DNA from: Azolla caroliniana
Taxonomy: Eukaryota > Plantae > Polypodiophyta
Reading direction: 5' to 3'
DNA: 64,000 nucleotides
NCBI GenBank assembly: GCA_043228905.1
Contig: JBHGNT010000021.1
Location: 10,788,001 to 10,852,000 of the forward strand
Under the pieces are notes generated by a model. It was not told the origin of the DNA and searched no databases. It saw only the letters and a list, made by a program, of their open reading frames with translations. Shown here piece after piece: positions 61,132 through 64,000 of the stretch. The translations under genes were made by a program, and so were the position numbers. The stretch's first letter is position 1, and each line of letters begins with the position of its first letter.

Positions 61132-61725
61132 TGTTGAGCGGACAAGCTCAACCAGATCCGGATCGACTGAATAAGCCAGAACCGGATCGATATCCAGAAC
61201 CAAGAGTTGGATAAGAGAGACGGACCAGATTATAACCGGTAGGCCGTTAGAACCCTACAACCTTAGCCTAGTATGTAGGCATATTCCTTGAATTTAGTGT
61301 CAGTCGCTCGCATGAGCATTGACCATATAGAGTGTTATTATTTTGAATTGAGTTTATGCTTTTTTGCTCTCTCTGTCTCTCTTGTGGATTCATTGTTTTG
61401 AAGCTTCCATTAAACCAATGCTTACTCTCTTTTACTATTTGGTGAAGCCGGTTTCGTCTATAAGCTTCCGCACGCTACTCTTTTCATGGTATCAGAGTGC
61501 AAGGGTTGACAACCTCAGTTGCCAACAACTGCTCGAAACGGACAAACCCTAATCACTGATAAAGAACAGAAGCTAGATATGGAAAGAAGCATGGTGAGCT
61601 TGCTTCCTACAGAAAAGCTCGACCGGAGCAACTATGCGTCCTGGTCGTATAAAATGCAACAGTACCTGCTGGGGCATGGATACTGGAGCTACGTGGATGA
61701 CGAACACGTAGCAGTTCCTAAGTAA
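61132..61725 (+). mobile_element. 5' end of a Ty1/copia element: LTR, tRNA-iMet PBS, gag N-terminus
   Basis: TGTTGAGCGG...TTTTCA then TGGTATCAGAG at 61487; gag EKLDRSNYASWSYKMQQYLLGHGYWSYV. It interrupts a gypsy pol scrap at 60972-61131. Confidence 0.82.
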
Positions 61726-61899
61726 CCGACTGCCACCAGAGGAAAATGAACTCTGACGAATGGAAGCGGTTAGCCGTGCAGAGCAGACATTTCTGTCTGA
61801 TACAAGACACACTATACCACAAAGGAGCCGATGAATATGGCGAAGAGTACTCCGAAGTGATGAGAAGGATGCGGTACTACGGGAAGCACATTGCGGAGT

Positions 61900-64000
61900 A
61901 GCCGGTGGATATTACGTTGGAGATGCGACGACTCGGAAGATTTGGCGAAGTGGCTTGTGGTGGTAGCCTACATTGAAAGACTCCATCCAGTACTACAAAG
62001 AATGTGATTTATGTTGGCCGGTGGCCGGTGGACGGATGATGAAAGACAAGTGGGGGACGAGTCCGAAGTAGAATTTAAGTTATTAGTATTAGTTATTAAT
62101 TAGCTAGAATTAAAATAGGAACCAACAGATCTAGAAGAGTTGCACCGATCCGGATCCGGACCGATTCGTAACCGGTTGCTGATATGGCACCGTTTTGTAA
62201 ACAGAACCGAATGCCTATAAAAGGATCCAAAGAACGATGTACTAAAGGGACGAAATTAGTATAAGTAAAGTTGACTTTAAGATTATTATGTATCTACGTA
62301 CTTTCCGTTCTGTGCTTACTGTCATATCTTACGCGTGTAATCAACCTGTGTAAGTTGTTAATCTGGAACCGATCCAGAACTAGTCGGATAAAGTGATATC
62401 TATGTCGGAAGCATTACCTGTAACCACTCCTTTCGTGAAGTGATCCGAAAGGATACCTTGTGTTAGTGGCTAGTCCATCCCAGGATTAACACAATTTTGA
62501 TGACCACGATTCCTCTAGAGCGCAATGAACATTGGGGAATGGATGACTAGAACGATGAACAACCCAGTCATCGAACGAGCGAGAAGACTAGTTGAGAGAC
62601 TACGGAAGCGGAAGGCTTACCAACAGGCGACTAAAGAGATCTGATAGGACCAGTCTTTTCCCAGGACGATTCAGCGGGTCACGGACGAGTCACTCCGGTT
62701 GCATAAACAACAATATACCGACGAAGGCAGTAGCCTGAGTAGTTTACCGTAGATAGAATCGATACTACAAACCCTCGCCACATGCACCGGAGAATCAGAA
62801 GCCTTTTCCAATTTTGAGTCGGAATCGGACAATGAGCACAACATGTAGTTGAATTATTGAAGCAGTCACGATACTACTTACAATCCGGCGGAGGACGGTT
62901 TGGAGCACCTATTGACACCAGAGTCGGGGACAACGTTACCCACATCACCGGACCACGAGTCAAACCAAGACCAACAATCGGAGAGAATGACGGAGCACGG
63001 AACACCACCACCAGACCAACAATATGAGAAAAAGAACGATCGCGTACCAACGCCATCACCGAACCGGAAGTCGGAGAAAGAAGAGGATCAAACACCGACA
63101 CCACTCCCAGTACTACCTTTCGATGATGACACCATGCCATACCCGTACTCGAAGTACTGGAACAAACCGGATGCAGAGGTGCATGCATATATGCTTTCCT
63201 ACATACATGGGAAGCGAACCATGTCTCGCAATGGTTGACAAAAGCAAAGTTAGGACGTTCAAAGATCGTGGAATTTGGAATGATATTGGAGGCACTAGCA
63301 GCTAGGTGGCACAAAAAGCACCTTCTCGGGAGCTTTGCCACCTTCAAGGCCTTGCGGGAAAAATTCCTACCATTGTTCCACTGACAGTTGGAGCAAAGAC
63401 ATCTACTCGGCATGTTCTATATGGTCTACTAGGAGCCCAATGAGACATTCCTGCAATTCATCATCCGTTTCCAGATAGTGCACAACGAGCTAACAAGGGC
63501 ACCTTCGAAAGACGAGGCAAAAGCGGTCTTTCTGGCCGCACTCCGGGAGCCGCTACGAACAATGTTGTAAGTATTAGACTTCTGGCCCAACACCATCGAT
63601 GACGTTGTCAACCGGGTGCTTGAAATGCATAGGGCCCAGAATAGCAATCACATGGCGATGGGAGCCCTACAATGAGCGCTACCTAGAGAAGAGAACTTAT
63701 GGTTTCGACAAGTAGTCCAATGTAAAACGTGCCTCAACCCCAATCACTCTACATTAGAATGCACGATGCGGACACAATGCATGTTGTGCCACTCCCGGAC
63801 CCACACCATGGACCGGTGTGAGTACAACCTATTCAATCGGTAAGCGACACCAGTTCGACATATTGAGCCTCGGAGCGAGTAGCAACCAGAAGAGGAACGG
63901 TTCTGGAGGGAAGAACGATATCGACCAGAATGAACGGACCGGTATGACGACAGAAGACGAGAGGAGTACGACAGAGGCCGTAACTACTGGCGAGAGCAAG
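61900..64000 (+). mobile_element. LTR plus degenerate multi-knuckle gag (same family as 15620-17765); runs off the window
   Basis: TATA-like at ~62215; LTR end GATTAACA at 62491; MPYPYSKYW..AEVH; CKTCLNPNHSTLEC and CMLCHSRTHTMDRC. Confidence 0.75.

Overview
Eukaryotic, transposon-dominated plant nuclear DNA. It is most likely from a fern or another seed-free vascular plant, inferred from the intronless PLS-PPR genes and the retroelement types. Only two intact host genes are visible: convergent PLS-class PPR genes ending in truncated E domains (35378-37981 +, 47801-50257 -). The rest is nested mobile DNA. (1) A large spliced DDD-type DNA transposase (Sola2-like) has an intron filled with a tandem satellite. 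It lies next to a convergent spliced acidic gene and an apparent captured URB2 fragment (1-8800), and a second transposase fragment sits at about 23.7-25.6 kb. (2) A group of tRNA-Trp-primed, gag(-pro)-only LTR elements has the tetramer ACGT beside every outward-facing terminus I could identify (5 junctions), including one nested in another member's LTR. (3) There are two chromodomain Ty3/gypsy elements, several Ty1/copia fragments, a multi-knuckle gag family, a solo LTR, a MULE-like TIR element and a 1.35-kb foldback palindrome. (4) tRNA-like cassettes lie antisense inside the LTRs of two unrelated retroelements. All family assignments come from motif recognition by eye, with no database search.
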